Made by a program: the position numbers and the translations under genes. From positions 16,446 to 67,914 of the forward strand of contig BTVY01000041.1 in assembly GCA_045863335.1 (NCBI GenBank): DNA of 51,469 nt, read 5' to 3'. Positions 27,521-37,458 of this stretch are shown one piece after another (position 1 is the first letter of the stretch; every line of letters begins with the position of its first letter). The stretch is from Candidatus Hydrogenedentota bacterium (lineage in GTDB: Bacteria > Hydrogenedentota > Hydrogenedentia > Hydrogenedentales > SLHB01). The notes beneath the pieces were generated by a model. It saw only the letters and a list, made by a program, of their open reading frames with translations, ran no database searches and was not told the DNA's origin.

Positions 27521-28243
27521 TCAGGGTTCTCCCGAGGTCGTGCGTTTTGTGGTCCGGAACAGATCGACAAAGATGGCGAGTCCGACTTTGACCATATAGT
27601 ACGCGGCATGGGGAGGTTTGATGGAGGTGACGCCGCCTTTCCGGGGATGCATGGTGACCGGGATCTCCACGGCGCGCAGCCCGCACATGTGCAGGATAAC
27701 CAGCGCCTCGGCCTCCGGGTAGTCGTCCGGATACCGGTCCGCGAAGACCTCCAATGCCCGGCGATTCATCGCGCGGAACCCGCTCGTCGTATCCGTAATG
27801 CCGCCTCCGATCAGCGCGTCGACGAGCCGCGACAGAATGGATTTACCGATCCTGCGGCTGAGCGATGGCGTGTAGCCGCTGTCGGCCACGTAGCGGGAGC
27901 CGATGACGACATCCGCATCGTTCTGAGAAAGCCGCTCCACGAGCGAGGGGATCTGTTCGACGGGGTGCTGCCCGTCGGCGTCGCATTGGATCGCGATGTC
28001 GTAGCCATGGCGAATGGCGAATTTGAATCCAGTCTGCATGGCCCCGCCGATACCGAGATTGTAGGGGAGCCGAACGAGCGCAGCATGGCCGGTGGCGCGC
28101 ACCCGCTCCGCCGTCCGGTCGTGCGACCCGTCGTCAATCACCAGCACATCGTAGTCCGGTGAGTGGGTTCGCAACGCCGCGACAACGTCGCCGATGGTCT
28201 CCTCCTCGTTGTACGCGGGGATGATGACGAGCACGCGCGGCAT
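27521..28243 (-). CDS. GT2 polyprenol-phosphate glycosyltransferase (DPM1-like)
   Basis: IIPAYNEE, DDGSHD, DADGQH, IGSRY and DTTSGFRA. Confidence 0.92.
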   Translation of the reverse strand: MPRVLVIIPAYNEEETIGDVVAALRTHSPDYDVLVIDDGSHDRTAERVRATGHAALVRLPYNLGIGGAMQTGFKFAIRHGYDIAIQCDADGQHPVEQIPSLVERLSQNDADVVIGSRYVADSGYTPSLSRRIGKSILSRLVDALIGGGITDTTSGFRAMNRRALEVFADRYPDDYPEAEALVILHMCGLRAVEIPVTMHPRKGGVTSIKPPHAAYYMVKVGLAIFVDLFRTTKRTTSGEP

Positions 28244-29241
28244 CACGCGGTCCTCTTTCGCAGCACCAGGAAGACCCATATGCCGCACAGCATTCCGACA
28301 GCCCGGGCCACGTCACGCGCCAGCATGACGGGCAGGAATATTAGCATCATGGGATTTCCGGCGCGGCGCATCATTCGCCATGGCACTTGAAGTCGCGCGG
28401 CTATGAGCAGCGCGGAAAGCGCGGCAAAAGTCAAAATCGCCGCCGGGTGCAACGCAGTGGCGAGCGTGGCGAAGAAGGCTGCAATGACAAGGCAAATAAG
28501 CACGGGCGCCGCAAGGTCGGCGATTCCGGCGTACCGGTCGCCTGACGCGCGCTGGGGATGTTTGGCGTACAATTTCATTCGCCAGAATCCATGGCGCATC
28601 TGGCTCCGAAGGTACGCGCCGAGTCGAGACGGGTGATGGTGGCGCACGACCGCATCGTGGACGAATCGAAGCCGGCCGCCCGCGTCGATGAGGCGATAGG
28701 CGAGATCGTTGTCCTCGCCGGACGCGGCGGTGAAGGCTTCGTCAAAACCGGCGACACGGTCGAACGCGTTCTTCTCGTAGGCCACGTTGAAGGAACCCAG
28801 AAAATCGACCTCCTCACCGAGCGCGGCGTGACGCACCAGTATCTCCTCATGTATCCAGCGTGCCAGGAGCGAATCGGGATTGGCGATTCCGTAGGTGCCG
28901 CCCGTTGCCGCTACGCCCTCGCCAAACCCGGAAATGAGCCGCTCCACCCAGTCCATCTGCGGAACGCAGTCGGAGTCCGTGTAAACGAGAAACGCTCCTT
29001 GCGCGATGCGGGCACCCGCGTTGCGCGCGGCGGCCGGGCCTCGCTGCTCCTGATGGACGAATCTTACTGGAAACGATTCCGCGATACGAGCCGTATCGTC
29101 CTTCGAACCGTCGTCGATCGCGATGACTTCGATGGGCGCGTAGGTTTGTTGCAGGCAGCCTTTCAGACAGGCCTCGAGTGTTCGAGCCGCGTTGTGGGCT
29201 GGAACGATCACGGACACGAGTGGATTCGCGTTCGAACTCAT
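28243..29241 (-). CDS. GT2 glycosyltransferase with C-terminal TM helices
   Basis: VSVIVPAHN, DDGSKD, GPAAARN, TDSDC and GFDE...GEDNDL. Confidence 0.92.
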   Translation of the reverse strand: MSSNANPLVSVIVPAHNAARTLEACLKGCLQQTYAPIEVIAIDDGSKDDTARIAESFPVRFVHQEQRGPAAARNAGARIAQGAFLVYTDSDCVPQMDWVERLISGFGEGVAATGGTYGIANPDSLLARWIHEEILVRHAALGEEVDFLGSFNVAYEKNAFDRVAGFDEAFTAASGEDNDLAYRLIDAGGRLRFVHDAVVRHHHPSRLGAYLRSQMRHGFWRMKLYAKHPQRASGDRYAGIADLAAPVLICLVIAAFFATLATALHPAAILTFAALSALLIAARLQVPWRMMRRAGNPMMLIFLPVMLARDVARAVGMLCGIWVFLVLRKRTA

Positions 29242-29738
29242 CGCGCGCGCTGCAATGGTTCGCGTCGCGCGACGGAGCCCACAACGTCGCGTACGGCCGC
29301 AATCAATGGCTGTCGCGCGGGGGAGTAGCCGGTATGGGCGGGAGGCGGATCGGCGCAAGCGGACTCCAGGTTTGAGGTGTCCAGCACCATGCGCCCCCAG
29401 CCGCGGCGCTCCACGGCGCGCGCGAGATCGAGTTGATGATCGTTCATATGCTCGTTGAAACGTTTCAGCCGCGGCACCACGATCAGGGGGCGCGCCATAT
29501 CGAGCGCGTCGGTGACGCACCCAATCCCTGCGTGGCACACGACAAGTCGCGCCTCCCGCTGGATGGCGAGAACTTCATCCCGCGGCCGGAAATCGAAATG
29601 TTCACAATGCACAGGGATCGTCTGTCCCATGCCGGTTTGAATGATGATCTTCTCGCCCGTCTTGGCCGCAACGGCGTCCATCGCGAGGATGAGCCGGGGG
29701 AAGTCGAGGAACATGGTGCCGACCGTTACGTAGATCAT
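29238..29738 (-). CDS. ALG13/PssE(CpsG)-like glycosyltransferase catalytic subunit
   Basis: MIYVTVGT..F.RL, IQTG, VCHAGIG and VPRLKRFNEHMNDHQ. Confidence 0.9.
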   Translation of the reverse strand: MIYVTVGTMFLDFPRLILAMDAVAAKTGEKIIIQTGMGQTIPVHCEHFDFRPRDEVLAIQREARLVVCHAGIGCVTDALDMARPLIVVPRLKRFNEHMNDHQLDLARAVERRGWGRMVLDTSNLESACADPPPAHTGYSPARQPLIAAVRDVVGSVARREPLQRAR

Positions 29739-30229
29739 GGGCGCGCCTCTGCCGGGGCGGTCTCGTCGATCAGGCTCCCCGCGTACCGGGCACGCGGTCC
29801 GTACACGTCACGCATTTCCGGCCATTGGACATAAAACCGTTCCGCCAGCCAATACATCACCCGGCCCGTCACTGATGGTTCGGTCACTTGCGCGCCACAT
29901 TCGATATAGACCGACGGAATGCGGAACGCTTTCGCGACCAGCACAACCGGAATGGCAATCTCGGCGCCGGTCGAAATCACGAGGTCAGGCCGCTCCTTTC
30001 GGAAGATGCGCGTAACGCGCACGAGATTCTTCAAAAACTCCACCGGATTCCTGGCCATGTTCGGGACCCGATACGCGTGCGGCAAGCGGCGTGTCGTGTC
30101 CGCGTCGTAGCAGAAGTAAAAGGTGTTGTGCCCCGCATAGCTCTCCGCCAACTGGAGCATCTCCGTAAGATGACCTCCATGGGAGCACGTGAGGCAAATC
30201 GTGATGGTATTGTGGTCGCTGCTTTCCAT
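29735..30229 (-). CDS. ALG14/PssD(CpsF)-like subunit
   Basis: CSHGGHLTEM, ERPDLVISTGAEIAIP, YIE...PSVTG and FYVQW. Confidence 0.9.
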   Translation of the reverse strand: MESSDHNTITICLTCSHGGHLTEMLQLAESYAGHNTFYFCYDADTTRRLPHAYRVPNMARNPVEFLKNLVRVTRIFRKERPDLVISTGAEIAIPVVLVAKAFRIPSVYIECGAQVTEPSVTGRVMYWLAERFYVQWPEMRDVYGPRARYAGSLIDETAPAEARP

Positions 30230-30234
30230 AACAT

Positions 30235-31224
30235 CTACCGCGGGGCTGACGATGCTTCGCCGTGCTCTTGACGATGTCGAACTCGGGCCGCCGGAGGAAT
30301 CGGGGTGACCAGGCCCTGCACGATGCCCCATGAATACGGCCAGATGACCACCCATCGCGCAATCCACCTGGGCAGCGCCATCGACAGGCTGCGAAAGCGT
30401 ATTGCCAAGAATACAAACGTGAGCAGCAAGGGCGTCAGCGCCACGCATATTCCAGGAACGGGCGCGACGATGGCAAGGAGAATTCCCACCGGCACCAATC
30501 CTGCCAAGACGGGGATCGCGAGCGTGTAGTACCAGAGACTGTCCCGCCATCCCGCCGCGCGCATCATGACGACGATATCCTTGCCCATCATCACGGCTTT
30601 GCGCATGAGCCCCGGAAACCGGGTCTCGTAGCGATGGCGTACGGCAGCCCGCTCCTCGAACCAGACGCGGTGGCCGGCTTTCCGAAGGGCCGTCGCGATG
30701 TAAACATCCTCGGCGGCGCTATGCCGCGGGAGTTTGAGCCATCCTCCGACGTCGCGAAGCGCCTGGGCGCGGAAGTAGCTATTGCCGCCGATGATGCCTT
30801 CGCATTCCCCGGTCGACTCGGTTTCCACAATGAACCACATGTGGTGCAGCCACGCCGTGAAGTTGCGGGCTTCGGCGGGCGGGTGCCGCCCGGTTCCCGC
30901 GGCGATCTCAGGGCGGGAGTCGAGGACCTCCTTCACGCTCTCGACCCATCCCGGGACCAGTTCGCAGTCCGCATCGGTAAATGCCAGGTAATCGGTCGTA
31001 CAGGCCTCGAGCACGGCGTTTCTCGCTTCATAGAGGCCCGTGGCATTGCTCGCGATGACGCGGGCTCCGTATTCCTTCGCGACCTCCGCAGTGGGGTCGG
31101 CGAGATCGTCCACGGCCACCAGCACGTCGTCCGGCGCCACGGTCTGCCGCGAAATACTGGCGAGGCAATCTCCAATAATGTGTTGCGCATTTCGCGCGCA
31201 GATTGCCAGCGTCAGTGATGCCAT
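30235..31224 (-). CDS. GT2 glycosyltransferase with C-terminal TM helices
   Basis: AICARN, GLYEARN, FTDADC and AAED; hydrophobic C-terminus. Confidence 0.88.
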   Translation of the reverse strand: MASLTLAICARNAQHIIGDCLASISRQTVAPDDVLVAVDDLADPTAEVAKEYGARVIASNATGLYEARNAVLEACTTDYLAFTDADCELVPGWVESVKEVLDSRPEIAAGTGRHPPAEARNFTAWLHHMWFIVETESTGECEGIIGGNSYFRAQALRDVGGWLKLPRHSAAEDVYIATALRKAGHRVWFEERAAVRHRYETRFPGLMRKAVMMGKDIVVMMRAAGWRDSLWYYTLAIPVLAGLVPVGILLAIVAPVPGICVALTPLLLTFVFLAIRFRSLSMALPRWIARWVVIWPYSWGIVQGLVTPIPPAARVRHRQEHGEASSAPR

Positions 31225-31416
31225 GCCGTTTCCGACCCCCTTTTTCGCCCACACGTTCCGATCCCACCGAGATGGTATTGGACCTCCTCGCAAATGGCAA
31301 GGTCTTTGTCGCCCTTACGCGGATTGGCGAAGCTATGACATTGACCTATCCGAAGATACGCCGGTTTTTGACAACATTTGGCCGCATCCATAGAATGCCT
31401 CCGATTGGAGAATGCA

Positions 31417-32784
31417 TTGAGCAAGGTCACGTTTACGGCAATCGGTGGGGGCGCGGAAATCGGCGCCAACTCCTATCTCATCACCGCGGAAGACCACGAC
31501 GTCCTCCTGGATTGCGGGATTCACCCCAAAAAAGAAGGCGTGGAAGCGCTGCCGCAACTGGGTTTATTGAAACGATCGCCTGAAGCCGTGATCGTGTCGC
31601 ACGCTCATATCGATCATTGCGGCGCGGTGCCGTACCTCATGCGCGATCACCGGACCACCGAGTGTTACGCCACGCAGCCGACGGTGCGGATCATGGATCG
31701 CATGCTCCACAACAGCGTTTCGGTAATGGGCACATTAGCGGTGGAACGGGGTATCCGCGAGTATCCTCTGTACAGTCACAGCGACGTGGAGTATGTCATT
31801 CGCCGAAGTTATGGCCTGGCCTTCGAGCAGGAGTTCGCCCTCACTTGGGACAGCCCGTTCCGGGCGAGTTTTCACCCCTCGGGCCATGTTTTGGGAAGCG
31901 CGAGCGTCCTCCTTCGCGCGCCGGGTCACACGATCTTCTACTCAGGCGACGTGTGTCTGACCCACCAGGAGTTGATGGCAGGTCTGCGGTTGATCGACCC
32001 ATCCGAAGACGTGACCACGCTGATCATCGAGAGTACCCGCGGCACCCATGAGGAAGGCCATGCCATTACTTTCGAGGGCGAGACGGAACGATTCGCGCAG
32101 GAGGTATCCAAAGTCCTCGAGCGGGGCGGCGTGGTGCTGGTACCGTCCTTTGCCCTCGGCCGCACCCAGGAGTTGCTGAACGTCATCGCCCGCCTTCAGG
32201 AATCCGGCTACATCCCGTCCGTACCGGTATACGCGTCCGGTCTGGGCCGCGCGGTCTATGAGATCTACGACAAATACGCGGACTATCTGCGCCCCGATTC
32301 GACGTTGCGGCCCCTGTTCGAGTTCAACCGGATCGGCGACGTGTGGGACCCGGAAGTCCGTCACGATCTCTTGAAGAAACCCGGCGTGATCGTGGCTACG
32401 TCGGGTATGATGGTGGAGAATACGCCTTCTTCGATGATCGCCTCGGAACTGGTGAAGTACAAGAAACACGGGATATTTTTTGTAGGCTACCTGGACCCGG
32501 ACACGCTGGGGTACAAGTTGCTCCACGCCAAGACCGGGGACCAGATGCCGTTCGAACTCAACGGAGCTCCCGTGACGATCAAGCTGGAAAACCGCCAGAG
32601 TTTCAATTTCAGCGCGCATGCACCGCGCGAAGATTTGTGCAAGCTGATCGACCACATCGCGCCGAAGAATGTCGTGTTCGTTCACGGCGACCCCGAGGCC
32701 ACCGCCTGGATGGCAGAGAACACAAACGCCCGCTACCGCAAGTTTATCCCGAGTACCGGCGATCCCATCGACCTGGAACCGTAA
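31417..32784 (+). CDS. Metallo-beta-lactamase / beta-CASP ribonuclease (CPSF-like)
   Basis: GGGAEIGANSY, LLDCG, SHAHIDH, GHVLGS, SFALGRTQE, FSAHA and VHGD; TTG start after GGAG. Confidence 0.92.
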   Translation: MSKVTFTAIGGGAEIGANSYLITAEDHDVLLDCGIHPKKEGVEALPQLGLLKRSPEAVIVSHAHIDHCGAVPYLMRDHRTTECYATQPTVRIMDRMLHNSVSVMGTLAVERGIREYPLYSHSDVEYVIRRSYGLAFEQEFALTWDSPFRASFHPSGHVLGSASVLLRAPGHTIFYSGDVCLTHQELMAGLRLIDPSEDVTTLIIESTRGTHEEGHAITFEGETERFAQEVSKVLERGGVVLVPSFALGRTQELLNVIARLQESGYIPSVPVYASGLGRAVYEIYDKYADYLRPDSTLRPLFEFNRIGDVWDPEVRHDLLKKPGVIVATSGMMVENTPSSMIASELVKYKKHGIFFVGYLDPDTLGYKLLHAKTGDQMPFELNGAPVTIKLENRQSFNFSAHAPREDLCKLIDHIAPKNVVFVHGDPEATAWMAENTNARYRKFIPSTGDPIDLEP

Positions 32785-32786
32785 GC

Positions 32787-33719
32787 ATGGCCCGCCGCCG
32801 TAACCCTGCCGCTGTATGGATCTCGACTGCTGCCTCCATCGGATTCGGACGGATCGCATCGTATCTTCCGTTGCCCGTAGCCCGGGTTGCCGGCCGGGCC
32901 GCCGGACGCGTCTCCTATTGGCTGGTGCCCCGCGTTCGCAAGGTCGCGCTCGCCAATCTCGACCACGCTTACGGCGACCAGTTGACGGATACCGAGAAGC
33001 GCCGCATTGCCCGCGGCGCCGCGGAGAACGTGGGCATCGTGGCGGCGGAATTTTCCCGAATCCCTTTGCTCGACAGCGAAACCATACGCGATTACGTTCA
33101 ATTCACGGGTCTGGAGCACTTTGAGAAGAGCCGGGGAGCTTTTCTTATCAGCGCGCACCTCGCCAACTGGGAATGGATGGCCCCGGCACTAACGGCAATG
33201 GGGCTTCGATTGGCCGAGGTGGTCCGGCCCCTGGACGATCCGAGGTTGAATCGTTATGTTGATGCTACTCGAACCGCACAAGGTGTGCGTACCATCGGTA
33301 AAGAGCGTTCCGGCGCCGAAATTATGCGCCTGTTGAAGGATGGGTGGATTGTGGGGGTCTTGGTCGACCAGAGCCCGCGCGAGGCAGCCGTCCCCGTCAG
33401 GTTCTTCGGCCAGGCCTGCTGGGCAACCGTTGCTCCGGCCATGGTGGCCACGCGGGCGAAGGTGCCGATCCACGTCGTCACGATGGCGCGCGAGACTTCG
33501 GGCCGCTACACCATGACCATTTCGCCGCCCGTTGCGCTAAGCCGGACCGGAAACCTGCGGGAGGATTTGGTGGGAATGACCCAGCGGTGTCAGGATCTCA
33601 TCGAGGCCGAAATACGCAAGTATCCGGAGCAGTGGCTCTGGCTTCATCGGCGGTGGAAGGAACGGCCCCGGCTGGAGGCCGACTGGCAGGCCCGCGAAGC
33701 CAAAGACGCGGCGCGCTAA
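32787..33719 (+). CDS. Lipid A late acyltransferase family (LpxL/HtrB-like)
   Basis: SAHLANWE, LVDQ, VRFFG and PEQWLWLHRRWK; ATG 2 nt after the upstream stop. Confidence 0.9.
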   Translation: MARRRNPAAVWISTAASIGFGRIASYLPLPVARVAGRAAGRVSYWLVPRVRKVALANLDHAYGDQLTDTEKRRIARGAAENVGIVAAEFSRIPLLDSETIRDYVQFTGLEHFEKSRGAFLISAHLANWEWMAPALTAMGLRLAEVVRPLDDPRLNRYVDATRTAQGVRTIGKERSGAEIMRLLKDGWIVGVLVDQSPREAAVPVRFFGQACWATVAPAMVATRAKVPIHVVTMARETSGRYTMTISPPVALSRTGNLREDLVGMTQRCQDLIEAEIRKYPEQWLWLHRRWKERPRLEADWQAREAKDAAR

Positions 33720-34684
33720 ACCGGGTCACCCGGTTTCCATTCGAAGATCTTCTCGGGATGCTGGATGTAGTCATTCATGATATCCACGAACCCGAAGATG
33801 TCGCCGCCGTCCATGGCTCGGTGATCGAAGGTTACGGCGACCGTGACGATCTTCCTCGGAACGATTGCGCCGTTTACGACGCGCGGCAAGTCGCGTGTGA
33901 GACCGATGCCCCACATGAACGTGCTGGGCGGCGGGATGACCGTAACGGTCTGCCAACCGTCGACCGACATGCCGATATTGGCCACCGTGCAGGTGGAACC
34001 CACGACGTCCTTGGCCTGGAGCTTTTCCTCCTCCGGCACGTTCTTCACGTTGTCGGCCATGGGTTCCGGCCATAAGCATGACTTGGCCCAGAGCCAGCCG
34101 GCGGTGAATCCGGAGAAATCGAGTTCTCGAATCGCATAGCTCAAGTATTCCCACGCGCAACGCCGGTACAGCTCGTTCATGTCCGTGCGGCGGGACTTGC
34201 GGGTAAGGACCCGCATTTCGTTGGCGACCTCGACCAGCGTTTTCTGGTGAGGGTTGCGAATGATGGGCGCCATGACCCCCTGATTGGTGTGGACCGTGAA
34301 AGAGGGGCAGATGTCTTCGCATTCGTAGAGGTACCCGCCGTTGCGCAGCGGGGTCCATTCCATGAACGAATTCATGACCGGCATGTGGTAGAGCACGTGT
34401 CCGATCGTCTTTAGATAGAAGGCCGAGAAATTCTTGTGGACGGCCATGGTCGTAAGTTCGTCTGCCGAATGCTTCTTGCCGGAGGCCTTCATCTCGTCAA
34501 CGACGCGCTTGCCGTACTCGTGGAGGGGGGTCACATCGAATTCTACATTGCCCGCCGCATGCGGGATCTTGCGCGCGGAGATGGACAGAATGAACGCCAC
34601 GCTTTGCCGCTGGAACGAAAGCTTGCGGACGTTGCGCATGCGAATGTTCTTGCGGGCATATGAGATTGTGAAATTGCGGAACAT
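33716..34684 (-). CDS. Stand-alone 2-oxoacid dehydrogenase E2-type acyltransferase catalytic domain (no lipoyl domain)
   Basis: IPH....EFDVT.L, GVMAPIIRN, STCTVANIG and TFDHRAMDGG. Confidence 0.85.
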   Translation of the reverse strand: MFRNFTISYARKNIRMRNVRKLSFQRQSVAFILSISARKIPHAAGNVEFDVTPLHEYGKRVVDEMKASGKKHSADELTTMAVHKNFSAFYLKTIGHVLYHMPVMNSFMEWTPLRNGGYLYECEDICPSFTVHTNQGVMAPIIRNPHQKTLVEVANEMRVLTRKSRRTDMNELYRRCAWEYLSYAIRELDFSGFTAGWLWAKSCLWPEPMADNVKNVPEEEKLQAKDVVGSTCTVANIGMSVDGWQTVTVIPPPSTFMWGIGLTRDLPRVVNGAIVPRKIVTVAVTFDHRAMDGGDIFGFVDIMNDYIQHPEKIFEWKPGDPV

Positions 34685-34893
34685 GGCTGCTTACAAATCC
34701 GACCGTTGCCTATCGACCCGGCGATACCCCCAAGTCTGCCCGTTGATCGCGGCACGAATCACCCAAGAGAATCTCCGCAATCTGCGGGTTGGACTGAGGG
34801 TAACGCGTTTGGGTTTCAGATAGCCGGGATGGTTGAAGGGTGCTAAGTCATTCTCTTTCAGTGTCTTGTGCTCTAGTGGCGCGTTGCGGTGAT

Positions 34894-35952
34894 TCATGCT
34901 TTTACCCGGTCGATCTGCACGACTCGACCCGACCGCGCGGACTGATAAATGGCCTTGACGATCCGGACGCTCTCCGCCGCACTCTGGATCGTGATTAGAG
35001 GATCCACGTCTTTGCGGATTGCCTTGACAAGATCTTCGATGAGTACAGTATGGCCATCTGAGGACAAGGCCAACGCGTCCATTCCGGCCGTGTTCTTCGC
35101 TTCCCGGCCGCCGAACTGCTTCATCATTCGCTCGCGTTCTTTTGGAGTTCCCATCTCGTAGAACTCGAGTTTCTCCGCTTTTCTGGAGAAGGATCCCTTG
35201 GTCCCGTAGATGTGCGTGTGCATGGCTTGGTCGGGGATCGCGCAAGTAGTCGTCAACAATGTCCCCAAGGCGCCGCACTTGAACTTGAGAATCGCGACTG
35301 TCTGGTCCTCGGCCTCAATTCGGTGATTGAACACGCCGTAGTAGCCGCACACGCTTTCGACCGGCCCGACAAGCCAGTAAAGCAGGTCCACAGAATGGAT
35401 GCCCTGGTTCGATAGGCTTCCGCCGCCGTCCGTTTTCCAGGTACCGCGCCAGCGTCCGTGTGGGCCTTGGTAGTATTCGTTGAGGCGAAGCCACGGCAAC
35501 CGTATGTGGGCCCCGATGACGCGCCCCATCTTGCCCGCCTGGATCGCCTTTCGAAGGGCGATGTTGCAGGGGTCGACCCGGTACTGATACACGCAGCCAC
35601 ATCTGACGCCCGCCTTCGCGACCTCCGTCTGCAGCTTGCCGATACGCGAGAGCGACACATCGACCGGTTTCTCCATGAGAAGGTGCTTGCCCTTCCGGGC
35701 CGCCTGAACCCCGAAAGTCGTGTGGGTCGCGCTTTCCGTGGCAATGCAGATCGCGTCGATGTGGTCGGCCTTGAGCATATCGGGCCACTTCGCGAAACCT
35801 TCGACTCCGAATTCTTTCACCCCAGCGGACAGGCGTTTCGGATCGCGGTCACAGACGGCAACCAATTCGGCACCCTGTGCGGCGAGAATGGCCCGGCAGT
35901 GGTGCATGCCCATGCCAAGGCCCAGCACAGCAAAGTTCACAGGTTTAGGCAT
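34894..35952 (-). CDS. Gfo/Idh/MocA family oxidoreductase
   Basis: GLGMG, GKHLLMEKP, WRGTWKTDGGG.L.NQGIH.VD and EAED; resembles nucleotide-sugar 3-dehydrogenases. Confidence 0.92.
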   Translation of the reverse strand: MPKPVNFAVLGLGMGMHHCRAILAAQGAELVAVCDRDPKRLSAGVKEFGVEGFAKWPDMLKADHIDAICIATESATHTTFGVQAARKGKHLLMEKPVDVSLSRIGKLQTEVAKAGVRCGCVYQYRVDPCNIALRKAIQAGKMGRVIGAHIRLPWLRLNEYYQGPHGRWRGTWKTDGGGSLSNQGIHSVDLLYWLVGPVESVCGYYGVFNHRIEAEDQTVAILKFKCGALGTLLTTTCAIPDQAMHTHIYGTKGSFSRKAEKLEFYEMGTPKERERMMKQFGGREAKNTAGMDALALSSDGHTVLIEDLVKAIRKDVDPLITIQSAAESVRIVKAIYQSARSGRVVQIDRVKA

Positions 35953-36122
35953 CAGGAATTCCTCTACCCCCATCCGTGCCCGGTCCGGGTCCGCTCCGCG
36001 TAAGCACAGTAGTTTTCGTAGGATAGGGGAAAGTCGACGGTTGTTCAAGTCATGTCGTGCGCGTCGATTTCCGCGCGCCCGATTTAATTCGGACTACTGA
36101 GTCCGGTACCATCTCGGGATCT

Positions 36123-37346
36123 ATGAGTACTGCCCGATTACACCCCAAAGCCACGGTAGCCTTCCTATTGACAGGCCTTTACAGCGCGGCGGAAGCATTG
36201 TGTTCCATATTCGTGACCGTTTACCTGTGGATTAACAGCCATGATCTGAACCTCATTTGCCGGTACTACATAGCGTTATTCGTGATTACTCCCATCTTCT
36301 TCGTATTGGCGGGGTGGTACTCCCAGGTACGGGATCGGCTTCACGTCTACCGGCTGGGCCTCATCCTGCACGCGGTCTACTATGGCGCGCTGCTTCTCCT
36401 TCGGGAGCGTGCCCCGGACTACGCCGTGGCCCTCGGCGCGTTGCTGGGCGTCACCTGGGGCGCCTACTGGGGCGGCGCAAACACGATCAACTATGACGTG
36501 ACAACCCATGGGAAGCGAGAACTCTTCTACGGACTACTGGGCGCGGTCACCAACCTGGCGCGGCTCGCCGCGCCACCCCTCGGCGGGCTCATCATTCAGT
36601 TGTCGGACGATCGGCTGCAAGGGTATCACCGGCTGTTCGCGGCGGTGCTCGCGCTCTACATACTGGCCTTTGCGCTCAGCTATCGCTTACCGGAAGACAA
36701 AGAGCGGCGCCCGTTTCGAATCCGGCGCGCGCTGTTTCCCGGGCGCGATCAGGTGGACTGGCGCTACGTCATGCTGGCGTCTGCTTCATTGGCTGGATCG
36801 TTTCACATATTCAGCATCCTGCTGGGACTATTGATGTACCTGGAGACCAATGACGAGATCAGCGTGGGCGGGTTTGCATCGTACCAAGCGCTGGTTGCTA
36901 TCGCGGTATCCACGCTGCTTGGACGATACATGCGTCCAGCCACGCGCGGGCGGTATATGCTGATCGCGTCTCTGCTATTGTTCGCGGGAGGGTTTCTGTT
37001 TTTCACCGAGATAACCGCGATGACACTAATTGCCTTCGGATTGATCCGCTCCGCATCCATGTCCATGTTTGGCATCGGCCATTTCAGCCTGCGCATGGAG
37101 ATCATCGCCAACAGCGCCGAGGACCCCAGCCAGCGCATCGAGTATCTCTGCGCCTGGGAAATTCCCCTTGCCATCGGGCGCGTCGTCATGATGCTCTGTC
37201 TTATGGTGCTTTCCACGTACTTCGCGGAGAACGGCCTCGGAATACGTGCCGCGCTCTTCTTGCTGTGCTCGCTGAGACTCGTCACCTACGGGCTGCTCTC
37301 CCAGACCTCGCCGATCAAGAACCCGGAAGCGCTACGCGCGCTTTGA
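36123..37346 (+). CDS. MFS-type membrane transporter
   Basis: About 12 hydrophobic segments in two halves; G...GAYW and APPLGG; 407 aa. Confidence 0.8.
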   Translation: MSTARLHPKATVAFLLTGLYSAAEALCSIFVTVYLWINSHDLNLICRYYIALFVITPIFFVLAGWYSQVRDRLHVYRLGLILHAVYYGALLLLRERAPDYAVALGALLGVTWGAYWGGANTINYDVTTHGKRELFYGLLGAVTNLARLAAPPLGGLIIQLSDDRLQGYHRLFAAVLALYILAFALSYRLPEDKERRPFRIRRALFPGRDQVDWRYVMLASASLAGSFHIFSILLGLLMYLETNDEISVGGFASYQALVAIAVSTLLGRYMRPATRGRYMLIASLLLFAGGFLFFTEITAMTLIAFGLIRSASMSMFGIGHFSLRMEIIANSAEDPSQRIEYLCAWEIPLAIGRVVMMLCLMVLSTYFAENGLGIRAALFLLCSLRLVTYGLLSQTSPIKNPEALRAL

Positions 37347-37458
37347 CTGCCCGCGTGGGAGGCGCTATTCTTTGCGGATGAATCGTGTAACTGGCGTATC
37401 CTCGTATCCCTGCGCATCCGAAGTGGAGTGCGGTATCCCCTCGCGGGACCGCGCATAG

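Noticed and set aside
34685-34897. In-frame TAA 9 nt upstream of the E2-like start suggesting a broken lipoyl-domain extension
   Set aside because: The upstream translation has no lipoyl (DKA-type) motif and contains the intergenic dyad motif, so it is non-coding.
37395-37440. Three GTATCC repeats upstream of the twin fusion genes
   Set aside because: Short and irregularly spaced; one may simply be a -10 box.
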